DNA of 64,000 bases from contig OZ246402.1 in the NCBI GenBank assembly GCA_965230975.1, positions 379,819 through 443,818 on the forward strand, read 5' to 3'. The stretch is from an uncultured Candidatus Saccharibacteria bacterium. GTDB taxonomy: Bacteria; Patescibacteriota; Dojkabacteria; J137. Within the stretch, counting starts at the first letter, position 1. Every line of letters begins with the position of its first letter. Of this stretch, positions 19,961 through 30,143 are shown piece after piece. The position numbers and the translations under genes were made by a program. The notes under the pieces are model-generated. The model did not search any database and was not told the origin of the DNA. It worked only from the letters and a program-made list of their open reading frames with translations.

Positions 19961-20548
19961 TTGAGGTGCTTTCTGGTAAAAGTCGAACTACTTACTAATA
20001 TATTTTGGGCGAACTTACTTGCAAAGCACGTCGGCTCGATAAGCGTAGATAATTGTATTTTAAATATGCAAAAGCCAAATAACTATATTAATTCTGCTGT
20101 TATTTTTGCGGAGCAATTGCCAAAGTTAAATAGAGTCTTAAAAAGAGCAATAACTGGGATTTTATTCAGATACAAGATTTCATATTTAGAGTGGTTAATT
20201 ATTTTGAAAACCGTTAACCCCCAAGGTTTAAGTGATATTGCTAACGATTTGGGTATGATTGAAAGTGTTGTGTCTAAGTATGTTGTTCAACTTGAGAAAA
20301 AGGGTATTCTAGTTTCTGACTTTGATTTTACTGATAATAAGTTTAAGTTGATTTGTCATAATCCAGATTTTAAGGAATTGTTTCAAACTTTAAATAAAGA
20401 GATTGTCACTTATTTTGATAGTGTTTTAGGTATTTTAACCTACTCTGAGATTGAGAAATTAGGTGAATTATTGTTTAAGCTGAATGGAGAGTATATCTCT
20501 TATGTAAATCAAATTTTAGGTATACACCAAATGAGTGTACCAGAATGA
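19961..20548 (+). CDS. Winged-helix (MarR-like) transcription regulator, putative
   Basis: 195 aa. LSDIANDLGMIESVVSKYVVQLEKKGIL resembles a wHTH recognition helix and wing. Confidence 0.4.
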   Translation: MRCFLVKVELLTNIFWANLLAKHVGSISVDNCILNMQKPNNYINSAVIFAEQLPKLNRVLKRAITGILFRYKISYLEWLIILKTVNPQGLSDIANDLGMIESVVSKYVVQLEKKGILVSDFDFTDNKFKLICHNPDFKELFQTLNKEIVTYFDSVLGILTYSEIEKLGELLFKLNGEYISYVNQILGIHQMSVPE

Positions 20549-20709
20549 GCTTTTAGAAATAGAAGATTCTACAAACCATTACCAGTAATTGTATTTCAGA
20601 AGTCTTGAAAGTCAATGGATACCAAACCTATATACAAAAGGTGTGTACCTAAATCTTAATAAAAAAAACTATATATGATCATCTATACTTAATGAGTTTC
20701 TAAAATTAT

Positions 20710-21654
20710 TCACTCAAACTTTTGTGGTAAATTCCCTTTACTTTTACTAACTCTTAATAGAATTGAAACTAAGTTTACAATTCCAATAAATGCTGCAAGA
20801 GCAATTACTACAATCATAAATGTAGACAAATTTTTGTTGGTAGTAAGTTGTGACTGTAATTCTTGGTTGGTGGTATCATTTGAACCAGTGGTGCTGGTTA
20901 CGGCGTCATTGGAATTATCTGTTGCAACGGAACTGTCTACTAAACATTCAGCCTTAAGATTCCCAATTTTAACTTGCATGGTATCAAAGATTGTTGCTGG
21001 GTCTGATCCTGGGCTGTTAGATATTACTAAAGAAGGGTAGAATCCGACATCAGTTGGATATGCGTTTACACTACTTATTAATATTTCTTCTCCTCCTTGA
21101 GAGTAATAACCAGAAATTGTACTACCTTTTCTTTCTACAATTAGTTTAAGGTTGTTCAAACTAGTTAACGTCTTAATAGGTTCTGCAACATAGCTTTTAC
21201 TATTTAAAGTTGGATTGTAAGTTATGTAAGTTCCCTTTGCATTTTTATGTGCAGATATTCTGTAAGAGTAGGGCACAACGTCAGAAGTTAAATTCATAAT
21301 AAAAACAAAAGATTCGCCTGCGTCGTAAGTTGCAGTGTAAGAATCAATATCTATACTTATTCTAAAATCGCCAGTCATTTCTTCAGATGCACCTGTTCTA
21401 ACAACACACCTTGCAGAACCTGCTGTGCAAGTTAATGTTGCTTTGCCACCTGTTTCAAAGGTTAAAGTACCATTATCCTGTGCATTTTTTGTCCACAAGC
21501 TTTGAGTTAAAGATTGATAGGTTGTGGGAACAGAGCACGTGGTTGCATTTGTAGGATTGGCGCTAAGTGTCGTTGCTTCTTGTGCAATAACTTTTGAGCC
21601 TGCTAAGCTAATTAAAATTCCAAATGCTAATACTAATTTTGTTTTAGAATTCAT
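20710..21654 (-). CDS. Secreted, C-terminally tail-anchored surface protein
   Basis: 314 aa. Signal peptide, Thr/Ser-rich region, then a C-terminal hydrophobic helix and a basic tail (LLRVSKSKGN). Confidence 0.5.
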   Translation of the reverse strand: MNSKTKLVLAFGILISLAGSKVIAQEATTLSANPTNATTCSVPTTYQSLTQSLWTKNAQDNGTLTFETGGKATLTCTAGSARCVVRTGASEEMTGDFRISIDIDSYTATYDAGESFVFIMNLTSDVVPYSYRISAHKNAKGTYITYNPTLNSKSYVAEPIKTLTSLNNLKLIVERKGSTISGYYSQGGEEILISSVNAYPTDVGFYPSLVISNSPGSDPATIFDTMQVKIGNLKAECLVDSSVATDNSNDAVTSTTGSNDTTNQELQSQLTTNKNLSTFMIVVIALAAFIGIVNLVSILLRVSKSKGNLPQKFE

Positions 21655-21663
21655 ATTATTAAT

Positions 21664-23064
21664 TTAATAAGTTAAATCTGTACTTACTGCAGTTTCTATT
21701 CTGCCTGGGCCAGTGCCAAAAATAAACATATACATTTTACCGTTTTCGTAAAGCATATCTGTTGCGCCAAATCCATTGAAATCTAAAGTACCTTCTGTGC
21801 CTCTATACAAGTATCCATTTATATTCAATCCATTAGAAAAAGTTTCGTAGTCTAGCATACCATTGTTGTATTTAGTCCAACTCAAGCCGTCTGTGCTTGT
21901 GGCATAAGAAATTGACTGCATTCCAGTTTCTGGGGCACTTACATACCACATATGATATTTACCATTTAGTTTAACTACAGCAGGATTTCTCAAATACTTT
22001 GAATCTCTTGCTCCAGATAAACCATTACCTAATCTACCATTTGTACTTGTTGTATTTGTTTTGGCAGGGATAGTATTGTCAATTTTTGTCCAAGTTAGGC
22101 CATCTGGGCTTGTTGCCATGCCTATGTAGCCTGGGTCTACAGATGAATACCACATTTTGTAAATAGAATCTTCTTCGTCCCAAATCACCTCTGGAGAACA
22201 TGCATCAATCGCATCAAATCTACCGGATGTTCCATTCCCAACGCGGCCTTTTGTGCTTGTAGTATTAGATACAGTAGGTATTGTATTATCGTATTTTGTC
22301 CAAGTTAATCCATCTTTACTAGTAGCATAAAGTACAACCCTGTTAATGGTGTCATACCCACAGTACCACATTTTATATTCACCATCTTTGTATAAAACAG
22401 AAGGATTTGCAACAGACTTACTGTCCGCCCTACCTGCGGTTCCAACTGGAATTCTACCATTTGTTGATGTTGTATCTGAGTTTGTTGGTACAGAGTTGTC
22501 GTATTTAGTCCAAGTCATTAAATCATCACTTTCTGCATAATAAATTCTTGCAATGCCATTATCATCATCTCCTGTGTACCACATTTTGTATGTGTTCCCT
22601 ACCTTTAAAACTGTTGGATGTGACGTCCCTTTACTGTCGCCTGTCCCAGTTAGTCCTAAAGAAATTCTACCTGCAGTTGAAGTAGTATTTGTTGGTTCCT
22701 CTATTGCATTGTTTATTTTTACGAAGTTTGTAAAGTAATCTGGAGTAGTTTCAGCTTTAGTACTTTGATTAGTATTTTGCGTATTGTTTGCTGTAGGGCT
22801 TTGAGTGTTAAGCTGTGTTAAGGCATAAATAATAAACCCTACCAGCGCAATGATAATAATGACTATTATTACTAAAACAACATAAAACTTTGTATCATTG
22901 CGCTTAGGTGTAACAGGTTGTACAAAGTTTGACATTGGTGCCACTGGTTGTGTATATGCTGGTGTAGGGGAAGATGGCTGTGTGTAGCCTGGTGTTTGTA
23001 CAACAGGATTTACGGATGGTACTTCAGGTATTGGATTCATAGGAGTGTTCATATTTTTAGACAA
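21664..23064 (-). CDS. Membrane-anchored BNR/Asp-box repeat beta-propeller protein (sialidase-like fold)
   Basis: 466 aa. Pro-rich N-terminus, TM helix, then four or five ~70-aa blades. Each has KMWY and an Asp-box S-x-D-G-L-T-W (SKDGLTWTK, SPDGLTWTK, STDGLSWTK, SDDLMTWTK). A ~210-bp periodic repeat is visible at the DNA level. Confidence 0.6.
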   Translation of the reverse strand: MSKNMNTPMNPIPEVPSVNPVVQTPGYTQPSSPTPAYTQPVAPMSNFVQPVTPKRNDTKFYVVLVIIVIIIIALVGFIIYALTQLNTQSPTANNTQNTNQSTKAETTPDYFTNFVKINNAIEEPTNTTSTAGRISLGLTGTGDSKGTSHPTVLKVGNTYKMWYTGDDDNGIARIYYAESDDLMTWTKYDNSVPTNSDTTSTNGRIPVGTAGRADSKSVANPSVLYKDGEYKMWYCGYDTINRVVLYATSKDGLTWTKYDNTIPTVSNTTSTKGRVGNGTSGRFDAIDACSPEVIWDEEDSIYKMWYSSVDPGYIGMATSPDGLTWTKIDNTIPAKTNTTSTNGRLGNGLSGARDSKYLRNPAVVKLNGKYHMWYVSAPETGMQSISYATSTDGLSWTKYNNGMLDYETFSNGLNINGYLYRGTEGTLDFNGFGATDMLYENGKMYMFIFGTGPGRIETAVSTDLTY

Positions 23065-23108
23065 GAATATAATAATATACTATAAATAATTTAGAGTAAG
23101 ACTTCAAC

Positions 23109-24194
23109 TTATAAAACCTTGTAAAGGTCATAGTCTTTTATTGTTATTGAGCTTGCGCCTTCACCATAGATTTCTGTAAGAATATATGTTCCAAGTAAAG
23201 TTATTTTAGATTGTTCTTGTTTTTTTACCCAATCTGCTGATTTAAAGACTTTGCTGATAGGTATTACAATTTCATTATATGAACTTAATTCTATCGGAGT
23301 ATAGTTACTGAATAAATTCGAAAACTCAAAGCTTTGGGCCATTCCGTTGTAATCGTAATATACTATGTCATATTTATAAAAATCATTTGCAGATCTTCTA
23401 TCTAAAAACCCTTTAACATCGCACGGCAAATCTACTCCGTCACCACCTAAATTAATATCTGTACATAAATCAAAATTTGTAGTTTTAATCAAATTTAGTT
23501 CTAAAAAATATCTTCTTCCATCGCTGTCTTCTGCTCCGAAGGCAAGAAATATTCTATTTTTGTCTGTAGTTTTTAAAGTAGTAAATTCGTTAATTTTTAT
23601 TTTAAAAGATAGGTATATGTCTTGGTCTAGGGTGATAGGTTGTTTTAAGTACCAATCGTTAAATCCGTAAGCTGTATAATTATTTTTATCTACATTTTGT
23701 TCGAAATTGATTTTATCTAGCTTAAAGTTGATTTCGTATTTACTTGGGTTTTCTAAAGTTGGTACAAAAGAATAACTGTATCCACCTATCTTTCCCCAAT
23801 CAGCTACTGTGCCACCCGTAAAAAGATCGTTTTCTACTGTAGTTGAGAAAATCCATGGTCCATAACTCCCAGCATTAGTGCAGTCTCCTTCTGTTTCTTC
23901 AAACCACTTTGGTTGAGGTGCGGTTTTTTTTCTGCAATTTGAAGTAATTCCCGGAGAGAAAGTTAAAGATACCTTTTTTGGTTTATCTTCAATAGGCAAC
24001 GGAGTTACATTTTCAGAATTATTAGCATTATTAGTCTCAGATTCAAAATTATTCTTATCAATCTGTGCTTTATTTAATTGCAGAACAATTATTATTGCAA
24101 TAAAAATAAGTATTAAAATTAAGCCCAAAGAACCTATTAGTATTATTTTTTGAGTTTTAGTCATAAGCCATTCTAAATTTATATAGTTTATCAA
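23109..24194 (-). CDS. N-terminally anchored extracellular hypothetical protein
   Basis: 361 aa. One N-terminal TM helix. The first gene of the three-gene minus-strand surface-protein cluster. Confidence 0.45.
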   Translation of the reverse strand: MINYINLEWLMTKTQKIILIGSLGLILILIFIAIIIVLQLNKAQIDKNNFESETNNANNSENVTPLPIEDKPKKVSLTFSPGITSNCRKKTAPQPKWFEETEGDCTNAGSYGPWIFSTTVENDLFTGGTVADWGKIGGYSYSFVPTLENPSKYEINFKLDKINFEQNVDKNNYTAYGFNDWYLKQPITLDQDIYLSFKIKINEFTTLKTTDKNRIFLAFGAEDSDGRRYFLELNLIKTTNFDLCTDINLGGDGVDLPCDVKGFLDRRSANDFYKYDIVYYDYNGMAQSFEFSNLFSNYTPIELSSYNEIVIPISKVFKSADWVKKQEQSKITLLGTYILTEIYGEGASSITIKDYDLYKVL

Positions 24195-24488
24195 AATTTA
24201 ATATAAGTTTGTTTAATTTGAACTCTGCTATTGAAAATTTAACAATCCTTGCTAAAATTACACCAATGAAAAACACAAGATTTTTCACAACTTCAACACT
24301 TACAGTGTTAACAACAACTACAACCCCTTAAGGGGGACAAAAAACACATCCACAATTTAGGCCGCATATATAAATTCAACAAAATCAAACGTCAATGACG
24401 CAAAACTAATTTATTTTGTAAAAGCAGTAATAAGAGGATAAAATCAATCAGATCAAATAATAAGTAATTTAAAATTTAATTTAAAACA

Positions 24489-26240
24489 ATGAATAATTCC
24501 GAATACGAAAATTCGCAAATGTACAAAATCAGACATTCTGCCGAACATGTTTTTGCACAAGCAGTGAAAGAAATCTATGGAGATAAAGTGCAACTTGGCG
24601 TGGCTCACATATCTGAAGTAGGTTTTGCAAATGATGCAAAATGGAGTGTAGAACTTAAACCAGAAGATTTTGAAAAAATCGAAAAAAAGATGCAAGAGAT
24701 AATTGATGCAGATTTACCAATTGTTAGAAAGGAGATAAGCGTAGAAGAAGCAAGAGAGATGTTTAAGAATAATCCATTCAAATTAGAGTGGGTAGAGCAA
24801 TGGTCTAATGAAGGTAAAGGTTTAACAGTTTACTGGACAGGTGATTCTTATGTAGATTTATGCAAAGGCCCTCATGTAGAAAAGACAGGAGAAATTAAAG
24901 CGTTTAAATTAATGAATATTGCGGGTGCATATTGGCGAGGAGACGAGAAAAACGAGATGTTAACAAGAGTTTACGGTGTTGCATTTGAAAATAAAGAAGA
25001 GCTAGACAAATATTTATTTATGCTAGAAGAAGCTAAGAAACGAGACCATAAAATCTTAGGTCCAAAATTAGGGTTATTTATGTTCCATGAGTCTTCTCCA
25101 GGAATGCCATATTGGTTACCTAATGGTTTAAAACTTTATAATGAGTTAGTAGCTTTTTGGAGAAAAGAGCACGATATCCATAACTATAAAGAGATCTCAA
25201 GTCCGTTGTTGAATAAAAAAGAATTATATGAGACTTCTGGACATTGGGAACACTACAAAGATGACATGTTTATTGCAGATATGGGTGAAAATGAAGTTTA
25301 TGGAGTAAAACCAATGAACTGCCCTAATGCAATGTTGGTTTTCAAATCAATGCAAATTAGCTACAAAGATTTACCGTTAAGATTATCTGATACAGACAGA
25401 TTACACAGATACGAGAGATCTGGGACTTTAAATGGTTTGTTAAGAGTTAGATCGTTTCAGCAAGATGATTCTCATAACTATATCTCTGAAGATATGATTG
25501 AATCTGAATACGAACATGTTTTTGAACTTTGTAAGAAATTCTATTCAATTTTTGGCTTAGAATATTCTTTCAGAATGGGAACTAGACCAGAAGGATTCTT
25601 GGGAGATATAGAAACTTGGAATACTGCAGAAGAGGCTTTAAGAAAAGTTTTGTCAAAATCAGGCAAGGATTACTATATAGAAGAAGGTGATGGAGCATTT
25701 TATGGTCCAAAGGTAGACATTTTAATGAAGGATTCTTTGGGTAGACAATGGCAAATGGGAACTATTCAACTTGATTTTCAACAACCAAGAAGATTTGAAT
25801 TAGAATATACAGATAAAGATGGCAGTAAAAAAACTCCTATCGCAATTCATAGAGTTATTTATGGGTCTTTAGAAAGATTTATAGGTATTATTATTGAGCA
25901 TTTTGCTGGTAGTTTTCCTGTATGGATTTCACCTGTGCATGCAACAATATTGCCAATTTCTACAGATAAACATGGAGATTATGCCAATTCTTTAGCTAAA
26001 GAGTTAAAGTCGGCTGGTTTAAGGGTTGAAGTAGATTCAAATGCAGAGACTTTAGGTAATAGAATAAGGAAAGCTCAAGAGCAAAAAATCCCTTATGTAA
26101 TAGTAATTGGAGATAAAGAGATGCAAAATAATAGTGTTAATGTAAGATTAAGAGGTGGTGAATCTTTAGGAGAAATGAGTTTGGAAGAATTTAAAAACAG
26201 AACACTAGAAAAAATATCTTCAAAGGCGTTGGATTTGTGA
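24489..26240 (+). CDS. thrS: Threonyl-tRNA synthetase (lacking N-terminal TGS domain)
   Basis: 583 aa. Editing-domain RHSAEHV motif, class II core and an anticodon-binding domain. It starts at the N2 domain. Confidence 0.9.
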   Translation: MNNSEYENSQMYKIRHSAEHVFAQAVKEIYGDKVQLGVAHISEVGFANDAKWSVELKPEDFEKIEKKMQEIIDADLPIVRKEISVEEAREMFKNNPFKLEWVEQWSNEGKGLTVYWTGDSYVDLCKGPHVEKTGEIKAFKLMNIAGAYWRGDEKNEMLTRVYGVAFENKEELDKYLFMLEEAKKRDHKILGPKLGLFMFHESSPGMPYWLPNGLKLYNELVAFWRKEHDIHNYKEISSPLLNKKELYETSGHWEHYKDDMFIADMGENEVYGVKPMNCPNAMLVFKSMQISYKDLPLRLSDTDRLHRYERSGTLNGLLRVRSFQQDDSHNYISEDMIESEYEHVFELCKKFYSIFGLEYSFRMGTRPEGFLGDIETWNTAEEALRKVLSKSGKDYYIEEGDGAFYGPKVDILMKDSLGRQWQMGTIQLDFQQPRRFELEYTDKDGSKKTPIAIHRVIYGSLERFIGIIIEHFAGSFPVWISPVHATILPISTDKHGDYANSLAKELKSAGLRVEVDSNAETLGNRIRKAQEQKIPYVIVIGDKEMQNNSVNVRLRGGESLGEMSLEEFKNRTLEKISSKALDL

Positions 26241-26272
26241 AATACACTTTGCTGATAAATAAAGAAATAAAT

Positions 26273-26293
26273 GGCGCCGGCTGAGCCGGCGCC
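26273..26293. terminator. GC-rich stem-loop between convergent thrS and hypothetical gene
   Basis: ggcgccgg-ctga-gccggcgcc perfect hairpin. A/T-rich flanks on both sides. Confidence 0.55.
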
Positions 26294-26305
26294 TTAATAG
26301 CTTTC

Positions 26306-26758
26306 TTAATTAGGGTGTCCAGCCTTAGCTAGCCTTAATGACGTTTTTAAATGATCCATGTCTTTCTCGGGCATAAATCCATGAATTGCTTCCAATATAC
26401 TTTCTTCTTCTGCAACTGATAAAACGTTTGCATATACACCAGGTGTATTCTTTGCCAGAGTAAGAATATGTTCTATAAATTGGAGTAAAACTGTATACTT
26501 CTGCCTGTTAGTATCATTTATACCAACTTCAGTCAGTAGATCCATGTATATTTGCCCTGTTTTTGGGTAACTGTAGTTCCACCCTGCACTAGTGTCGGAA
26601 GTCTTCTCAACCTGATTGTTTTTCAAATAGGTTTCGTTATACCATGTTTTGAATCCTGAATGAGTAGCTAATAACCCCTTAATATATGCTTTTTCTGAAA
26701 CTTCCGTTCCAATTTCTTGTTGAGGAAGGAAGGGGGAGGTTACAACATTATCTGCCAT
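26306..26758 (-). CDS. Hypothetical protein (150 aa)
   Basis: ORF downstream of and co-oriented with the 370-aa ORF. Confidence 0.4.
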   Translation of the reverse strand: MADNVVTSPFLPQQEIGTEVSEKAYIKGLLATHSGFKTWYNETYLKNNQVEKTSDTSAGWNYSYPKTGQIYMDLLTEVGINDTNRQKYTVLLQFIEHILTLAKNTPGVYANVLSVAEEESILEAIHGFMPEKDMDHLKTSLRLAKAGHPN

Positions 26759-26890
26759 AATAAAATCTTAATAAGTAATTATTTAATTCTATTAGATTTA
26801 GTGAATTATGGCAAATGTAAGCGGAAAAACGTATTCTCTACAAGTAGAATTCTTCTCTATATGCAAAAGTGTCAGTTATAACTGATTGCT

Positions 26891-28003
26891 TCAGGCAGAC
26901 ATTGGTAAATTTTCTGTGCGATCTGTAACTTGATCCGCAGCTTGTCTAAGATCACCCAGAGTTACAACATCTGGCTTTGCTGGTACTGCAGGTATTGATT
27001 CCTCTTGAATAAATGGTGGTTGCTTAAGTTTAAGTATTAATAACTCTATTTCATTGATAACATCTCTGGCGTATTTCTCCATGTTCAAGCTTGCATGCGG
27101 ACCTAAATTTTTGCAGAAACCTAACTCAAACTCAATGCCTTTCAAAATTGCTTTATTCGAGATAAGGTCAATTCCTTGCCTCTCAATTGCAATTTCTAGA
27201 ATACTGCATAGAACTTTAAGTTTTAATAATTTAAAAATTGAGTTAGAGTCATCTTCTCTATGCTCTATTGCTAGGCTTAATTCAACATCTAATTTTGAAA
27301 ATGCCTGCCTGTATTTATCTGCAATTTTAACTAAGGCTAGTTTAATATTATTTACAAACTCTGTGCTTATCTCTAACCTATTGTTTCTTACAATATTAAC
27401 GAATCCATTCTCGCTCTCATCTACATAATCTGGCCCTATATTATAAATAAACAAAATAGAAGCGATAAATAAAGGACTTAGCTCGTTAAAAATGTTTGAT
27501 TCATCTATGCCTAAATCCTTAGCTATTTTTCTTATTGTCTGTAATGACATTTGTATATTTAATATCCTTCGCCTTTCTACCTGCCCTTTTGCTTTAGAAA
27601 ATGGAGACTCTGGATGTTCAATCTCTTCAATAAGTCCGAGAACTCGCATATATGTTTGTTCATCATCTACATTCACGGTTGTAAATGCATTTAAATTCAT
27701 TATAACGTCTACGTATCTGTAATCGTAATTGAATTCAACCATATTAGTTGTAATATTTTTTGGCTGAATACAACCGCACTGTATTAATATATTTAAGACG
27801 GAGACTCTAGTGTTTACACCTTTGTGCTCTTTGCTGGGTACATCTATATAGTAATTTGCTAGTCTCTCTTCTACTTGCTTAGGCAACTCTTTCCTAAATT
27901 CAAAATTATTATTCCATATTAGTGCTAGGTCAGCTTCTTCTAGACCTTCAAAAATCCTCTTTAAAGAGTTAGATTCGTCAGGTGCCCTTTCTATTGCATT
28001 CAA
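26891..28003 (-). CDS. Hypothetical protein (370 aa)
   Basis: Long ORF with no recognisable motif. Confidence 0.45.
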   Translation of the reverse strand: MNAIERAPDESNSLKRIFEGLEEADLALIWNNNFEFRKELPKQVEERLANYYIDVPSKEHKGVNTRVSVLNILIQCGCIQPKNITTNMVEFNYDYRYVDVIMNLNAFTTVNVDDEQTYMRVLGLIEEIEHPESPFSKAKGQVERRRILNIQMSLQTIRKIAKDLGIDESNIFNELSPLFIASILFIYNIGPDYVDESENGFVNIVRNNRLEISTEFVNNIKLALVKIADKYRQAFSKLDVELSLAIEHREDDSNSIFKLLKLKVLCSILEIAIERQGIDLISNKAILKGIEFELGFCKNLGPHASLNMEKYARDVINEIELLILKLKQPPFIQEESIPAVPAKPDVVTLGDLRQAADQVTDRTENLPMSA

Positions 28004-28169
28004 TATATCTGTTTCTGTCGCGTAGAGTTTTGTAATAGTGTAATATCTAATAATTAACTCTTAATGATATTAAAAATCCCCTTTTTTTTCAACCTTATTC
28101 CCTTTTGCTACTTGCAGATTTTGCTTGTTTCTAGTATCATTCAAATGCTTAAATTATTCGAAATAAATC

Positions 28170-28484
28170 ATGTCTAAATTTGCAATCGTAAAATTGGGTA
28201 CAAGCCAATACAATATTGAAGAAGGAAAAACATACGAAGTAACACAATTCAAAGCTGAAAACGGCAAACTAAGCATTGAAAATGTATTAGCAGCAGGAGA
28301 CGAAAAATCAATCGTAGTTGGCAAACCAACTATCGAAAAGGCAGTTGTAGAAATTGAAGTATTATCTACAGAAAAAGGTGAAAAAGTAACAAGTAGAATA
28401 TACAAAGCAAAATCAAGATATAGAAGAACAAGAGGCTTTAGAAAACAAGTAGTTAAATTCAAAGTTCTAAGTATTAAATATTAA
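28170..28484 (+). CDS. rplU: 50S ribosomal protein L21
   Basis: 104 aa. MSKFAIVKLGTSQY...YKAKSRYRRTRGFRKQ. Confidence 0.9.
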   Translation: MSKFAIVKLGTSQYNIEEGKTYEVTQFKAENGKLSIENVLAAGDEKSIVVGKPTIEKAVVEIEVLSTEKGEKVTSRIYKAKSRYRRTRGFRKQVVKFKVLSIKY

Positions 28485-28495
28485 GCTAATAGCAA

Positions 28496-28858
28496 ATGGC
28501 ACATTCCGCAAGTACAGGATCCGCAAAACGAACAGTAGACGTAATTGGAAAAAGACTAGGAATCAAAAGATTCGGTGGTCAAATTGTTAATGCTGGTGAA
28601 ATAATCGTAAGACAAAGAGGTTCAGAATTTTACCCTGGCAAAAATACAGATCAAGGTAGAGACTTTACAATCTTTTCTAAAATTAACGGGATTGTTTCTT
28701 TTAGGCAAATGACAGGCTACAAAAGAAATCAAAAATATGTAGACGTTTTACCTGAAGAAGTAAAAGTTGCAAAAAAGGCACCAAAGTCAGAATCTGAAGA
28801 AGTTAAAGCAGAAAAGAAACCTGTAGCTAAAAAAACTACAAAAAAAGTAACAAAATAA
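28496..28858 (+). CDS. rpmA: 50S ribosomal protein L27 with Lys-rich C-terminal extension
   Basis: 120 aa. MAHSASTGSAKRTVDVIGKRLGIKRFGGQ...RQRGSEFYPGKN. Confidence 0.9.
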   Translation: MAHSASTGSAKRTVDVIGKRLGIKRFGGQIVNAGEIIVRQRGSEFYPGKNTDQGRDFTIFSKINGIVSFRQMTGYKRNQKYVDVLPEEVKVAKKAPKSESEEVKAEKKPVAKKTTKKVTK

Positions 28859-28876
28859 ATTGAAATAAGAATTCTA

Positions 28877-28906
28877 AAAGCCCCGACTTTGTCGGGGCTT
28901 TTTTTA
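28877..28906 (+). terminator. Rho-independent terminator after rpmA
   Basis: aaaagccccgac-tttg-tcggggcttttttt: a 7-8 bp GC stem followed by a T7 run. Confidence 0.75.
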
Positions 28907-28921
28907 TGCTTTTAATATTTT

Positions 28922-29416
28922 TTACTGCTCTTTAGATTCAATACTCTCTAAAATGTGGTTGCATAAATTAAAGTATACTTTTTCAAATAACCAAGGCATA
29001 CTTCCAGGTTTAAAAATCTCATCTACATTTGTAGAATACTCAATAATTCCATATTTACGTTTTGCAGCATGCTTTCTAATAGAATTAACCTCTCCAACTT
29101 CAATCCTGGCTTTGTACCTAAACTCATGAATAAAATTCACTAGATTTGCATCATCAAAGTAAAATCCGGTTTGATCATATCTATTTAATAAAAAGGTATA
29201 AGCATCTTTTCTGTTATATCTTTTGCCCATAATAATATCTGCATCTGGACCAATCAGAACGCTTACAAATTCCCTTAGGTTTTGATCCATTTTCTTTATA
29301 AGCATAAAAAGCTGTCCTTTTTCATCTTGAGAGTAATCTTCTGGAGAATCACCAAACCCTACAATAAATGCATCTAGGTCAGGAGTAATATTTCCATCTA
29401 AATCATCCATAAACAA
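28922..29416 (-). CDS. Hypothetical protein (164 aa)
   Basis: ORF with no motif. Confidence 0.4.
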   Translation of the reverse strand: MFMDDLDGNITPDLDAFIVGFGDSPEDYSQDEKGQLFMLIKKMDQNLREFVSVLIGPDADIIMGKRYNRKDAYTFLLNRYDQTGFYFDDANLVNFIHEFRYKARIEVGEVNSIRKHAAKRKYGIIEYSTNVDEIFKPGSMPWLFEKVYFNLCNHILESIESKEQ

Positions 29417-29583
29417 TATATAAAAAATATTGTTAGGATTATCTTTCTATATTGCTTTTTGAATTTGACAGATTGTGTCTAAATGCTTGTGTATTTAGAC
29501 ATTTGGAGTAGAAATTTAAAAATTAGGGATTAGGAGAATTTATTCAATGGTTCCAAAAGGTGTTTTAGAAAATCAGTAGAGCT

Positions 29584-30039
29584 TTAAACTAGCTCATTTT
29601 GTATTTCATCTATGGTATAGCTACCTGTCCACTTTTTCAAAAGATTACCGTTTTCGTCAACTTGTACAAATGTGTGCTGTACAGTTACACCATATCTTGC
29701 TCTCATAGAGTTTTCTTTTTCAAAATCAACCTTGTAAATTGTTATATTTGCTGGAATAGATGCAATATCTTTACTTAAGTTTTCATCTGCAACTGTGCAT
29801 GTTGAACACCAATTTGCTTTAAAAAACAAAATATTTTTTGAATTTAAAAACTTTGTGCCAGATTGATAATCTATGTAAGTAGATAAATTTACAGGTAACT
29901 CAGAAATGCTGGATTTTGTATTTGCACCATTAACTACACTTGCAAAGATAGTTACTACTAGTATAGCCAATCCAACAGCTACAATTTTTATATAATCTTT
30001 ATTAAATTTCATGTGACTAATTATACCATTTTTAGGCAT
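29584..30039 (-). CDS. Membrane-anchored thioredoxin-fold protein (WCSTC motif)
   Basis: 151 aa. N-terminal TM helix and FKANWCSTCTVADENL. Paralogous in architecture to 2945-3412. Confidence 0.55.
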   Translation of the reverse strand: MPKNGIISHMKFNKDYIKIVAVGLAILVVTIFASVVNGANTKSSISELPVNLSTYIDYQSGTKFLNSKNILFFKANWCSTCTVADENLSKDIASIPANITIYKVDFEKENSMRARYGVTVQHTFVQVDENGNLLKKWTGSYTIDEIQNELV

Positions 30040-30143
30040 CTAGCATGATTTTTCATAGATTTTTATTTATATAGAGTCTTCTAAAAAACTTTGTATAATA
30101 AAACAACTTTTTATGCGAAAATCTTAACAATTAGAATAAAAAT

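Noticed and set aside
24195-24488. T-box leader upstream of thrS
   Set aside because: Looked for the UGGNACC/AGGGUGG core and terminator. None found, only the CCCCTTAAGGGG palindrome.
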